From a plasmid: 64,000 nucleotides of DNA. Below, in pieces: positions 51,836-62,496 of the stretch (the first letter of the stretch is position 1; each line of letters starts with the position of its first letter). The stretch is from sequence record NZ_CP039562.1, one strand, 5' to 3'. Both the position numbers and the translations under genes were made by a program. Under the pieces are notes generated by a model. That model had not been told where the DNA came from. It did not search any database and saw only the letters and a program-made list of their open reading frames with translations.

Positions 51836-53461
51836 ATGCCTTCCCTTATAAAAATAAAAATTGTTCCGCTTATGTTCTTTTTGGCACTGTATTTTGCATT
51901 TATGCTGAACTGGCGTGGAGTTCTCCATTTTTACGAAATCCTTTACAAATTAGAAGATTTTAAGTTTGGTTTCGCCATTTCATTACCAATATTGCTTGTT
52001 GCAGCGCTTAACTTTGTATTTGTTCCATTTTCGATACGGTATTTAATAAAGCCTTTTTTTGCACTTCTTATCGCACTTAGTGCAATCGTTAGTTACACAA
52101 TGATGAAGTATAGAGTCTTGTTTGATCAAAACATGATTCAGAATATTTTTGAAACCAATCAAAATGAGGCGTTAGCATATTTAAGCTTACCAATTATAGT
52201 ATGGGTTACTATTGCTGGTTTTATCCCTGCCATTTTACTTTTCTTTGTTGAAATTGAATATGAGGAAAAATGGTTCAAAGGGATTCTAACTCGTGCCCTA
52301 TCGATGTTTGCATCACTTATAGTGATTGCGGTTATTGCAGCACTATACTATCAAGATTATGTGTCAGTGGGGCGCAACAATTCAAACCTCCAGCGTGAGA
52401 TTGTTCCAGCCAATTTCGTTAATAGTACCGTTAAATACGTTTACAATCGTTATCTTGCTGAACCAATCCCATTTACAACTTTAGGTGATGATGCAAAACG
52501 GGATACTAATCAAAGTAAGCCCACGTTGATGTTTCTGGTCGTTGGTGAAACCGCTCGTGGTAAAAATTTCTCGATGAATGGCTATGAGAAAGACACCAAT
52601 CCATTTACCAGTAAATCTGGTGGCGTGATCTCCTTTAATGATGTTCGTTCGTGTGGGACTGCAACCGCTGTATCCGTCCCCTGCATGTTCTCCAATATGG
52701 GGAGAAAGGAGTTTGATGATAATCGCGCTCGCAATAGCGAGGGCCTGCTAGATGTGTTGCAAAAAACGGGGATCTCCATTTTTTGGAAGGAGAACGATGG
52801 AGGCTGCAAAGGCGTCTGCGACCGAGTACCTAACATCGAAATCGAACCAAAGGATCACCCTAAGTTCTGCGATAAAAACACATGCTATGACGAGGTTGTC
52901 CTTCAAGACCTCGATAGTGAAATTGCTCAAATGAAAGGGGATAAGCTGGTTGGCTTCCACCTGATAGGTAGCCATGGCCCAACCTACTACAAGCGCTACC
53001 CTGATGCTCATCGTCAGTTCACCCCTGACTGTCCACGCAGTGATATTGAAAACTGCACAGATGAAGAGCTCACCAACACCTATGACAACACCATCCGCTA
53101 CACCGATTTCGTGATTGGAGAGATGATTGCCAAGTTGAAAACCTACGAAGATAAGTACAACACCGCGTTGCTCTACGTCTCCGATCATGGTGAATCACTG
53201 GGAGCATTAGGGCTTTACCTACACGGTACACCGTACCAGTTTGCACCGGATGATCAGACCCGTGTTCCTATGCAGGTGTGGATGTCACCTGGATTTACCA
53301 AAGAGAAAGGCGTTGATATGGCGTGTTTGCAGCAGAAAGCCGCTGATACTCGTTACTCACACGATAATATTTTCTCATCTGTATTGGGTATCTGGGACGT
53401 CAAAACATCAGTTTACGAAAAGGGTCTAGATATTTTCAGTCAATGTCGTAATGTTCAATAA
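51836..53461 (+). CDS. mcr-3: Phosphoethanolamine-lipid A transferase MCR-3 (colistin resistance), 541 aa
   Basis: MPSLIKIKIVPLMFFLALYFAFMLNWRGVLHFYEIL... matches MCR-3 from memory. Low GC. Followed by dgkA, as in known mcr-3 cassettes. Confidence 0.85.
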   Translation: MPSLIKIKIVPLMFFLALYFAFMLNWRGVLHFYEILYKLEDFKFGFAISLPILLVAALNFVFVPFSIRYLIKPFFALLIALSAIVSYTMMKYRVLFDQNMIQNIFETNQNEALAYLSLPIIVWVTIAGFIPAILLFFVEIEYEEKWFKGILTRALSMFASLIVIAVIAALYYQDYVSVGRNNSNLQREIVPANFVNSTVKYVYNRYLAEPIPFTTLGDDAKRDTNQSKPTLMFLVVGETARGKNFSMNGYEKDTNPFTSKSGGVISFNDVRSCGTATAVSVPCMFSNMGRKEFDDNRARNSEGLLDVLQKTGISIFWKENDGGCKGVCDRVPNIEIEPKDHPKFCDKNTCYDEVVLQDLDSEIAQMKGDKLVGFHLIGSHGPTYYKRYPDAHRQFTPDCPRSDIENCTDEELTNTYDNTIRYTDFVIGEMIAKLKTYEDKYNTALLYVSDHGESLGALGLYLHGTPYQFAPDDQTRVPMQVWMSPGFTKEKGVDMACLQQKAADTRYSHDNIFSSVLGIWDVKTSVYEKGLDIFSQCRNVQ

Positions 53462-53578
53462 ATTACATTATTGGGGGCTCAGGCCCCCAATCATCTGTTA
53501 AATAATAGGTTTATTACTATTGTCCGTGTATTTCATGGTTGAAATTTTTAACGGGCAAATCAGAAAGAGGAAGCTAAA

Positions 53579-53959
53579 ATGGCAAAGCCTGGTGCAACTG
53601 GAATTACCCGAATCATTCATGCCACCAATTATAGTATGAAGGGGCTTTCTTCAGCTTGGAGACATGAAGCGGCTTTTCGTCAGGAACTGCTACTCATTGT
53701 GCTGTTGATGCCTCTGGCGTTTTTTGTCGGAGATGGTTTAAATCAAATACTACTCCTAATGGTTATAAGTTGGCTGGTTGTGATTGTAGAGATCCTGAAC
53801 TCAGCTATTGAAGCAGTAGTAGACAGAATAGGGTCAGAGCATCATGAGCTTTCTGGTCGAGCTAAAGACATGGGCTCTGCGGCTGTCTTCATTGCTCTGA
53901 TGTTGAATGCCATAGTGTGGGGTGCATTGACAGGGCGTAATTTATTAACCTGGTGGTAG
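53579..53959 (+). CDS. dgkA: Diacylglycerol kinase
   Basis: A 126-aa 3-TM protein with the DgkA motif EILNSAIEAVVDRIG. Confidence 0.8.
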   Translation: MAKPGATGITRIIHATNYSMKGLSSAWRHEAAFRQELLLIVLLMPLAFFVGDGLNQILLLMVISWLVVIVEILNSAIEAVVDRIGSEHHELSGRAKDMGSAAVFIALMLNAIVWGALTGRNLLTWW

Positions 53960-54100
53960 TGTTATCATCAATAATATTTTTAATTATTCATGGCAGCCAC
54001 CATAAATAGTGGCTGTTTAATGAAAAACAATAGATGCTAATTATAAGGTGGAACTTTTGTCTGTTTAGCCCGCACCATAGGTGCGAAAATAACCATATTT

Positions 54101-55315
54101 TGTAATGACCCACTGAAATCCTGCTCAGGTCATAATGAGTGGAGATCACAGACATGAGCATCACGATGGACGAAGAAATCAAACGTTGGACGGCCAAGCG
54201 CAAGTCCGCCTTGGTCATGGAAATCATTCAGGGCAAGACCACCGTCGCCGAAGCGGCTCGAGCCTTTGATTTGCCGCCCTCCGAGATTGAAGAATGGGTA
54301 GATGACGCCAAACGGGGCATGGAAAACGCCTTACGGGCCAAGCCACTGGATATTCGCGAGCAGTACGAGAAGCAGCTCAAGGAACTCCAGGAAGCTTATG
54401 GCGAGGCCATGCTGGAGTTACGCGCCAGAAAAAAGCTGGCCTCCCTGCTGGGCGAGGACGACAGATAGTCGCCGATGTTCAGCAGGGATTACGCGCAGAA
54501 GGTATTGATGTCTCCGTCAGCAAGCTCTGCCGCTGGTTTGGCCTGCCGCGTCGTAGTTGGTACTACCGCAGCGTCAAGGCCGCGCCCAAGCTTCAGGAGC
54601 ATCTGGTCACCCCGATCAAAAACATGATTGAGGAGAACCCATCGTTCGGTTACCGGACGGTTGCAGCCCTGTTGGGGTTCAACAAGAACACGGTACAGCG
54701 CATCTTCCAGCTCAAGGGCTGGCAAGTTCGCAAGCGTCCGGTTGGGTTTCGCCCCCGGATCCAGGCCCTGCCTTCGGTGGCCTCAGCGCCCAACCAACGC
54801 TGGGCGACGGACCTATGCCGGATCTGGGCTGGTCGCGATGGCTGGTGTTCCTTGGCGCTGGTGATTGATTGCCATACCCGTGAACTACTGGGATGGCATC
54901 TCTCGCGCAGTGGTAAATCGAAAACGGCCGAGGCAGCGCTGGAGCAAGCCTTAATTGCTCGCTTCGGCAGCTTGGGACGAGTTGCATCGCCGTTTTTGTT
55001 ACGTAGCGACAATGGGTTGGTGTTTACCAGCCGCAACTACACAGCACTGGTGAAGAGCTATGGGTTGCAGCAGGAGTTCATCACGCCGTACACGCCGGAA
55101 CAAAACGGCATGGTCGAGCGGGTGATCAGAACGCTCAAGGAGCAGTGTGCCCATCGGCAGAGGTTCGAGACCTTGCAGCATGCCAGTCGGGTGATTGGCG
55201 ACTGGATCCAGTTTTACAACCAGAAGCGTCCTCACCAGGCGCTAAAGATGAAAACACCGGCGCAGGCCTATGCCGAAGCCGCTTAGTTGTGCAGGAACGG
55301 CTGGGTCATTACAGT
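54101..55315 (+). mobile_element. IS3-family insertion sequence (ISKpn40-like), complete: orfA 54139-54468, orfB 54624-55286 (frameshift-fused)
   Basis: Imperfect terminal IRs TGTAATGACCCA.... OrfA has an HTH. OrfB has a DDE core (WATD...D...E) ending ...KTPAQAYAEAA. Confidence 0.75.
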
Positions 55316-55375
55316 TTATCGCAATAAAAACCTATACTCTTTTTAATATCCCCGACTGGCAATGCCGGGATAGAC

Positions 55376-55512
55376 TATTATTCTCCCCGGAGCCACTACG
55401 CTGACCCGGTTGATTTCAGAGGTAAGGGAAAAGGCGACGTTGCGCCTGTGGAACAAACTGGCACTGATACCGTCAGCCGAACAGCGTTCACAGCTGGAGA
55501 TGCTGCTGGGGC
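55376..55512 (+). pseudogene. tnpA: Tn2/Tn3 tnpA internal fragment (codons ~150-190)
   Basis: Encodes ...LTRLISEVREKATLRLWNKLALIPSAEQRSQLEMLLG, identical to part of the 44553-47338 tnpA. It abuts IS26 copy 7. Confidence 0.7.
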
Positions 55513-56332
55513 GGCACTGTTGCAAAGTTAGCGATGAGGCAGCCTTTTGTCTTATTCAAAGGCCTTACATTTCAAAAACTCTGCTTACCAGGCGCATTTC
55601 GCCCAGGGGATCACCATAATAAAATGCTGAGGCCTGGCCTTTGCGTAGTGCACGCATCACCTCAATACCTTTGATGGTGGCGTAAGCCGTCTTCATGGAT
55701 TTAAATCCCAGCGTGGCGTTGATTATCCGTTTCAGTTTGCCATGATCGCATTCAATCACGTTGTTCCGGTACTTAATCTGTCGGTGTTCAACGTCAGACG
55801 GGCACCGGCCTTCGCGTTTGAGCAGAGCAAGCGCGCGACCATAGGCGGGCGCTTTATCCGTGTTGATGAATCGTGGGATCTGCCACTTCTTCACGTTGTT
55901 GAGGATTTTACCCAGAAACCGGTATGCAGCTTTGCTGTTACGACGGGAGGAGAGATAAAAATCGACAGTGCGGCCCCGGCTGTCGACGGCCCGGTACAGA
56001 TACGCCCAGCGGCCATTGACCTTCACGTAGGTTTCATCCATGTGCCACGGGCAAAGATCGGAAGGGTTACGCCAGTACCAGCGCAGCCGTTTTTCCATTT
56101 CAGGCGCATAACGCTGAACCCAGCGGTAAATCGTGGAGTGATCGACATTCACTCCGCGTTCAGCCAGCATCTCCTGCAGCTCACGGTAACTGATGCCGTA
56201 TTTGCAGTACCAGCGTACGGCCCACAGAATGATGTCACGCTGAAAATGCCGGCCTTTGAATGGGTTCATGTGCAGCTCCATCAGCAAAAGGGGATGATAA
56301 GTTTATCACCACCGACTATTTGCAACAGTGCC
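55513..56332 (-). mobile_element. IS26: IS26 copy 7 (tnp26 55565-56269, minus strand; N184)
   Basis: IRs. The right flank gcaggtgg is the reverse complement of the copy 1 right flank ccacctgc. Confidence 0.95.
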
Positions 56333-56447
56333 GCAGGTGGAGTATGCTGAACAGTACGTGTTCTGCGGTGAAAACGATTTTTCTCTGGCTGAAAGAATGC
56401 TGGCTGCAGATGACCGTTACCGGACCGGGCCGCGGTTTACATTTTAG
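56333..56447 (+). pseudogene. DUF4238-family gene 3' fragment (37 codons + stop)
   Basis: Joining rc(30115-31021) to 56341 onward across one TSD copy gives ...NALQVEYAEQYVFCGENDFSLAERMLAADDRYRTGPRFTF*, in frame. Confidence 0.55.
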
Positions 56448-56671
56448 GGCAACTTCCGGTCAGCGCAGTGCCGCAAAATGCCGATGTCCGTTCCCTGCAG
56501 GACATTGTATAAATGTAACTCTGTCATACACGTTCGTAAGCGGCCCTCACGGCCCGGCTGCGGGTAAATTCTTCAACCGCGTACAGCAATTTTCATTGCT
56601 GACAGACCGTATAGCCTTGCAGGACAGGAGGTACTGGAGAATATCTGGTCCCTCTAATGCGGGAATTCATT

Positions 56672-57082
56672 TTATTCATCTTTAATTTGTGGATTCACAA
56701 TGAGGTAACTTGTGCCGTATTCATCGTTCATTTCTATGGCATCAAATCCAAGATAAGCGGCTACACGACCACGCAGGCGTTGCAATTCCCATGAGTATGC
56801 TCCATTAATATCGCTGCCGAGGCGTGGCGAGAGAATATCTGCGAAATCTTCGATATCTGAATTGTTATCCCACATGACGCGATCAGCTATTTCCTCTACG
56901 TCAGCAGTATCCAGTTCGTTATGTAAGAAGGCATAAACCTCTTGAAAACGAGCATCAAGATCGCTGGATTTAGCTATTTTATCATCATCAACATGGTATA
57001 TGAATACGGTGTTTCCGTGACTGGCGGCAATATCGCGCTCTGGGCTGGCAAACAACCCATCAAAAACGTTATTGCCAGACAT
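56672..57082 (-). CDS. Hypothetical acidic protein (136 aa, D/E-rich)
   Basis: Clean ORF downstream of stbB. Strongly acidic composition. Confidence 0.4.
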   Translation of the reverse strand: MSGNNVFDGLFASPERDIAASHGNTVFIYHVDDDKIAKSSDLDARFQEVYAFLHNELDTADVEEIADRVMWDNNSDIEDFADILSPRLGSDINGAYSWELQRLRGRVAAYLGFDAIEMNDEYGTSYLIVNPQIKDE

Positions 57083-57242
57083 TGCGAACTCACCAAGTTT
57101 GATTATTGGTATAAGTGCCGTGAAATAATTTCATAATAACGACGCTGTATTTATTTTATGTAATAATTGCCAATAAAATAACTTGATTAAGTTCCCTTTA
57201 TCCAGCCTGATAGTGGATAAAGGGAACTCAATAATAATTGAA

Positions 57243-57596
57243 TTAATTTATTAGCTTCATCGCATTTTTTTTGGTCTCTTCATCACTTTTTTGCTCTTGT
57301 TGTGAAGAGGATTGAGTGACTATTGAAGAATTAAAATCGGCCATCTCTTTTGGAAATAGCGATCTCAATATATTTACGATATCTGAAAATGTGGTTTCTT
57401 TCGTCAGCAGTTCACATAAAAGGAAAGGGGCCCTGGGATCTTGTCTGTATAAGGCCAGACCTGCCGTCAGTGCAGCCCGGTTAAGGCGGCTGCGTTCCCC
57501 TTGCGGGATACTGTCCAGTGTCTCACAAACAATTTTATCTGTTTGATTTACATCTGGATTTAGCTTAAAGGCAATGGTTCTGCGCTTGTCCATCAT
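57243..57596 (-). CDS. stbB: StbB (ParR-like centromere-binding adaptor) of IncFII/R100-type stb locus
   Basis: A 117-aa protein immediately downstream of stbA with a basic N-terminus. Confidence 0.65.
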   Translation of the reverse strand: MMDKRRTIAFKLNPDVNQTDKIVCETLDSIPQGERSRLNRAALTAGLALYRQDPRAPFLLCELLTKETTFSDIVNILRSLFPKEMADFNSSIVTQSSSQQEQKSDEETKKNAMKLIN

Positions 57597-58558
57597 TAAT
57601 TACCTATGAGATACATACCGTTAACTAAATCATATTGAGAGTTATTGGTTTTAAAAAAACGTTCATCACGAATCTGTGTGTGTTTTTTTACTGCATCGCA
57701 TATTAATTCTGCGCCACCGCCTATAACCATAACATGAGTATAACCAGAAAATTCATTGAGCGTATTTAATACACGTTGCTCAAGTTTACGAAGTGCTTCA
57801 TTCATTGCTTCGGTGACTATTGATATTTTGTTCTCATCATTAATTCGTTGCTTCAGATAGTTATTATCTTTTCTGTGAATGATTATATCGTCAGCAAGAT
57901 AGCTACTTCCTTTTGTTCTCGCAAGAGAAAGGGCATCTTTTACTGCAGATGTAACCAGAGAGACACCAAGAGATGAGTCTCCGTATATTTTACTGATCCC
58001 CGATAATTTCCCCATTACCTGAGAAATATCTAATGTGGTGCCCCCGAGATCTATAATTAATAAAGAATCTAACTCATCCAGTTCTTGTAGAACTTCATAA
58101 CCTGCCGGTATAGATTCAGGCATGACTTTTACATCTTTTATTGTGAATGTATCCCCGCCATTTAATGTAATTTTTTTCCGGAAGTTTGCTTTCTTACGCT
58201 CAATATTTTCCGTATTGGGTTGGTTATTTCTGTCGTAATACTCTGTCAGAGGAAGTGTGCAAACAATATCCACTTCGCTTACCGGCAGACCACTGGTCAG
58301 TAAGGCGTGATGCACTGCAACGACATTAACGTCGCTGTATTGCCATGCGATATTGGTTGTGACTACAGCATCCGGGCTGATTGGATCAAATGAATACTGT
58401 TCGCCGTTCAGTGTGTAGTTAAAGACCTTTTTATCACCAAAAGAGACTGCCCACTCGCGTTTGAAGCTGTTCGGGCTAATGTGCTGTTTAATTGTTCCGT
58501 CGTTTTCCTGCCACTGTAGTTTGATGTTTGTTGAACCGTCATCAATGAATACCAACAT
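57596..58558 (-). CDS. stbA: StbA (ParM-like actin-type partition ATPase) of IncFII/R100-type stb locus
   Basis: [40 protein letters not shown]... matches R100 StbA from memory. 320 aa. Confidence 0.85.
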   Translation of the reverse strand: MLVFIDDGSTNIKLQWQENDGTIKQHISPNSFKREWAVSFGDKKVFNYTLNGEQYSFDPISPDAVVTTNIAWQYSDVNVVAVHHALLTSGLPVSEVDIVCTLPLTEYYDRNNQPNTENIERKKANFRKKITLNGGDTFTIKDVKVMPESIPAGYEVLQELDELDSLLIIDLGGTTLDISQVMGKLSGISKIYGDSSLGVSLVTSAVKDALSLARTKGSSYLADDIIIHRKDNNYLKQRINDENKISIVTEAMNEALRKLEQRVLNTLNEFSGYTHVMVIGGGAELICDAVKKHTQIRDERFFKTNNSQYDLVNGMYLIGN

Positions 58559-58569
58559 TTATAAAACTC

Positions 58570-58740
58570 CTTATGGTGTTTTTGTGGTGTGCTTTTGGGG
58601 TTGTTTTGGGTTTTAAATGGGGTCGTTTGTCAAGTTTACCCCATTTTGACTATCAGTCAATGATTGTTTGTATTGTTTTTGGGTTTATTATGGTGTGTTT
58701 TGGGTTGTTTTTGGGTTTTATTTGGCGGGTAACAAAAGAT
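58570..58740. repeat. stb centromere-like iterated TTTTGGG(T)T repeats upstream of stbA
   Basis: Multiple direct repeats of GTTTTGGGTT / GTTTTTGGGTTT on both sides of a short spacer. Confidence 0.6.
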
Positions 58741-59074
58741 GTCGCTGTGCTTCTCTTTTTACTGCGCCGGCTGACGCGGCGCGGCAGGAACGCTGCCTGT
58801 GGTCAGTGTCCCGCGTCCGGCCGGGCACGGGACGGGCGCTTTTACCGCTCCTGGCTGGCGTCGGTGACAGTGTACGCCAGCCTGTCGCCCTTTTCTGATG
58901 AATGCCCTTCAAGCCGCTTTCGCGGCATATCCTCGCCGTCAGAAAGACGACGGCTGCGGTATTCCACGGTCGGCCTGACCCGTTACCGGACGCGGTGAAC
59001 AGCCCACAGGCAGCGGAGAACGGGCGCCACAGGGGCGCCCTCCCGGTGCCCTCTGTAAGAGGAGGAGTGCTGTT

Positions 59075-59758
59075 ATGTCCCGTTTTATCCTGGGTGACTG
59101 CGTGCGTGTTATGGCCACGATTCCTGATAACGCCATTGATTTCATCTTAACCGACCCACCATATCTCGTTGGTTTTCGTGACCGTTCCGGGCGCACCATT
59201 GCCGGTGACGTTAACGATGACTGGCTGCAACCTGCCAGTAATGAGATGTACCGCGTACTAAAAAAAGATGCGCTGATGGTGAGTTTCTATGGCTGGAACC
59301 GTATTGACCGCTTTATGGCAGCCTGGAAACGCGCCGGATTCAGCGTTGTAGGGCACCTTGTGTTCACCAAAAGCTACACATCCAAATCTGCGTATGTCGC
59401 GTACCGTCACGAATGCGCCTATATCCTGGCAAAAGGCCGTCCGGCGCTGCCTCCGAAGCCATTACCCGACGTGCTGGGCTGGAAATATTCGGGCAACCGC
59501 CATCACCCGACGGAAAAGCCTGTTACCAGCCTGCAACCGCTGATTGAGAGCTTCACACACCCGAACGCAATTGTGCTAGACCCGTTTGCTGGCAGCGGCT
59601 CAACCTGTGTGGCTGCCCTTCAGTCCGGACGCCGGTATATCGGTATCGAGCTGCTTGAACAGTATCACCGTGCCGGACAGCAACGACTGGCCACCGTGCA
59701 ACGGGCCATGCAGCAGGGGGCCGCGAATGATAACTGGTTTGAACCGGAGGCTGCGTAA
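59075..59758 (+). CDS. Orphan DNA methyltransferase (DPPY motif; N6-adenine/N4-cytosine class)
   Basis: FILTDPPYLVGF catalytic motif and an AdoMet-binding DPFAGSGST. Confidence 0.7.
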   Translation: MSRFILGDCVRVMATIPDNAIDFILTDPPYLVGFRDRSGRTIAGDVNDDWLQPASNEMYRVLKKDALMVSFYGWNRIDRFMAAWKRAGFSVVGHLVFTKSYTSKSAYVAYRHECAYILAKGRPALPPKPLPDVLGWKYSGNRHHPTEKPVTSLQPLIESFTHPNAIVLDPFAGSGSTCVAALQSGRRYIGIELLEQYHRAGQQRLATVQRAMQQGAANDNWFEPEAA

Positions 59759-59980
59759 ATGAACTATGCCGGACACGAAAACCTTCGTGCTGAAGTGGCG
59801 GAGGTGGCCAATGCCATGTGTGACCTTCGGGCCAGGCTGAACGATATGGAGCATCGCTGTCGCTTTGATTCCGATGTGCTCGTCGAACGCCTGGCACGCC
59901 AGACGCTGTATCGCGCCAATCGCCTGTTCATGGAGGCATATACCGAAATTCTTGAACTGGATGCGTGCTTCAAAGATTAA
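59759..59980 (+). CDS. Hypothetical small protein (73 aa)
   Basis: ORF only. IncF leading-region-like context. Confidence 0.3.
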   Translation: MNYAGHENLRAEVAEVANAMCDLRARLNDMEHRCRFDSDVLVERLARQTLYRANRLFMEAYTEILELDACFKD

Positions 59981-59992
59981 GGGGGAGACGAA

Positions 59993-60427
59993 ATGTACGG
60001 AACATGCGAAACGCTCTGCCGGGAGCTGGAAGCAAAGTATCCGGGAGACACGCCGCTGATGCTGGTTATCTGGTCTCCGGAAGAGATTCAGGCACTGGCT
60101 GACGGTATGGAAATTTCTCTGACCGATCATGAAATCAGGGCCGTCCTGGCGCGCATGGAGGACATCCCGGAAGACCAGAGGACTGAATCCGGTATTTCTT
60201 CCGCCGCGGTGATGGAGATTATCAGCAACGTGAGCGAAAACCGCCAGGTGACCGTCCCTGCTGAACTGCTGGCGTCCCTGATTCAGACCGCTGAACAGGC
60301 ACTGTGGAAACGTGAGTGGGCCGCCCGTGATAACGGCCTCGTCGTCCCGGAATGCGTCACCCGCCGACAGGCGGTGGTTAATCAGGCCCGCGCCCTGCTG
60401 AAAAACAACACACGCGAAAACGACTGA
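59993..60427 (+). CDS. Hypothetical protein (144 aa), paralog of 62074-62496
   Basis: It shares a ...RQVTVPAELL... core with the downstream paralog. Confidence 0.4.
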   Translation: MYGTCETLCRELEAKYPGDTPLMLVIWSPEEIQALADGMEISLTDHEIRAVLARMEDIPEDQRTESGISSAAVMEIISNVSENRQVTVPAELLASLIQTAEQALWKREWAARDNGLVVPECVTRRQAVVNQARALLKNNTREND

Positions 60428-60471
60428 TGTTATCGCCGCCTGCGGGCGGCGATTCAGGGAGACCATGAATC

Positions 60472-61242
60472 ATGAACGAAACGCTGAATGCACTGATTTG
60501 TCGCCACGCCCGTAACCTGCTGCTGGCGCAGGGCTGGCCGGAAGAGACGGATGTTGACCAGCGAAATCCGAACCATCCGGGCTGGATCAGCATTTACGTG
60601 CGGCTGGATGCGCCCCGGCTGGCGACGTTACTTATCAACCGTCACGGCGGCGTACTGCCGCCGCACCTGGCCTCTGCCATTCAGAAACTGACCGGAACCG
60701 GGGCGGAACTTGTTCTGTCCGGCAGTCAGTGGCAGTCGCTGCCGGTACTTCCGGCAGACGGAACGCAGGTGTCTTTCCCGTATGCCGGTGAGTGGCTGGC
60801 AGAAGACGAAATCAGGGCTGTACTTGCGGCGGTGCGCGATGCAATACGAAGCATCTGTTACCAGGTGGCAGACGATGCGCGGCGTATCCGGGCGGCGCTG
60901 ACCACCACCGGTCAGACGTTGCTGACCCGCCAGACGCGCCGCTTTCGTCTGGTTGTGAAGGAAAGCGATCACCCCTGCTGGCTCGATGAAGATGACGAAA
61001 ACCTGCCCGTGGTGCTCGATGCCATCGTGAACCGGGGAGCACGTTTTTCGTCGGTGGAAATGTACCTGGTCAGCGATTGTATTGAGCATATCCTGTCCAG
61101 TGGGCTGGCCTGCGATGTGCTGCGTATACCGGATGAACCGCCCCGCCGCTGGTTTGACCGTGGTGTTCTGCGGGAGGTGGTCCGGGAAGCCCGGGTAGAA
61201 ATCCGCAGCATGGCGGATGCCCTGGCAAAAATCAGGGACTAA
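60472..61242 (+). CDS. Hypothetical protein (256 aa)
   Basis: ORF only. Confidence 0.4.
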   Translation: MNETLNALICRHARNLLLAQGWPEETDVDQRNPNHPGWISIYVRLDAPRLATLLINRHGGVLPPHLASAIQKLTGTGAELVLSGSQWQSLPVLPADGTQVSFPYAGEWLAEDEIRAVLAAVRDAIRSICYQVADDARRIRAALTTTGQTLLTRQTRRFRLVVKESDHPCWLDEDDENLPVVLDAIVNRGARFSSVEMYLVSDCIEHILSSGLACDVLRIPDEPPRRWFDRGVLREVVREARVEIRSMADALAKIRD

Positions 61243-61601
61243 GGAAGTCGCCGCCGGCTCCGCTTTACCCGGCCATGCGGGGCATGGCCTTGTGGGTTTT
61301 CAGTTATGTGGCCGCTGTGTCGTGTGCGGGCTGTGCCGTGCCTCCATCTTAGCCGGGCTGGCAGGGATGCAAGGGTACGCTTCGCCGCTGCGGTCACCCG
61401 GTCCCTCCTTCCCGTCTGCCGTGATTTTCCGGTCGTTCACCCGCTCAGATTTCGCGGTCTCACCCTCCAACTCCCGCCAGCCGTGTGCGTCAGGCTGCGG
61501 CTTCCCTTGCGCCCTGTGCATCCCCGCCTTATCGCCCGGCTTTTATGGAGGCACGGCACCGCCCGGTGTCGCGGAATATGTGAATAACGGAGGAAAACAT
61601 C

Positions 61602-62027
61602 ATGCAATATGCGAAACCTGTCACTCTGAATGTTGAAGAGTGCGACCGTCTCTCCTTTCTGCCTTACCTGTTTGGCAACGATTTTCTGTATGCCGAGGCG
61701 TATGTGTACGCGCTGGCGAAAAAAATGATGCCGGAGTATCAGGGAGGCTTCTGGCACTTCATCCGCCTGCCGGACGGTGGCGGTTACATGATGCCGGATG
61801 GCGACCGTTTCCACATGGTGAACGGTGCAAACTGGTTTGACCGTACCGTGAGTGCTGATGCCGCAGGCATCATCCTTACCTCCCTTGTGATTAACCGCCA
61901 GTTGTGGCTGTACCACGACAGCGGGGATGCAGGACTGACCCAGCTTTACCGGATGCGCGATGCGCAGTTGTGGCGTCACATCGAATTTCACCCTGAATGC
62001 AACGCGATTTACGCAGCACTGGACTGA
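61602..62027 (+). CDS. klcA: KlcA/ArdB-family antirestriction protein (141 aa)
   Basis: LSFLPYLFGNDF...YQGGFWHFIRLPDGGGYMMPD...VNGANWFDRTVSADAAGIILTSLVINRQL parallels RK2 KlcA as I recall it (DFLPTYFG...YWHYY.LSDGGFYMAPD...LSADAAGIVATLFALGQL). Confidence 0.7.
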   Translation: MQYAKPVTLNVEECDRLSFLPYLFGNDFLYAEAYVYALAKKMMPEYQGGFWHFIRLPDGGGYMMPDGDRFHMVNGANWFDRTVSADAAGIILTSLVINRQLWLYHDSGDAGLTQLYRMRDAQLWRHIEFHPECNAIYAALD

Positions 62028-62073
62028 TTAACGGACGGGGCGGCAATGCCGCCCCTGTAAAGGAGACGAGAAC

Positions 62074-62496
62074 ATGTACTGTACTGTTAAAGAAATCATC
62101 CGCGATGTACTGGATACAGACGTGCCGGACAGTGAATGCGTTTTTGCCGTGGTGCTGACCCGAGGGGATGTGCGTCACATAGCCCAGGACTGGAACCTGT
62201 CAGACGATGAGCTGGAAACCGTCATGCAGCGACTGGACGATGCCTTTGAGCATGGTGCGGATGTCAGCGTTGTTCACGGCGTTGTTCGTGAACTGATGGA
62301 AGAAAAGCGCGCCAGCCGTCAGGTGACAGTCCCGGCGGTGATGCTGGAAAAAGTGATGGCGCTGGCAGGCAGTGAAATGAAGCGCCTGTATGCCGTCGGG
62401 AGTGAGAACGGGGGCGACGGTGACGCATTCGTCAGGGAGGAACGCGAAGCAATGGACGTTGTGTTACAGGCGCTGGACGGGGAGACGATGTCATGA
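62074..62496 (+). CDS. Hypothetical protein (140 aa), paralog of 59993-60427
   Basis: Shared core with the upstream paralog. Confidence 0.4.
   Translation: MYCTVKEIIRDVLDTDVPDSECVFAVVLTRGDVRHIAQDWNLSDDELETVMQRLDDAFEHGADVSVVHGVVRELMEEKRASRQVTVPAVMLEKVMALAGSEMKRLYAVGSENGGDGDAFVREEREAMDVVLQALDGETMS

Noticed and set aside
59600-60466. 288-aa minus-strand ORF spanning three plus-strand genes in the IncF-like module
   Set aside because: It is antisense to a co-oriented, tightly packed gene set. The plus-strand genes have paralog and RBS support.
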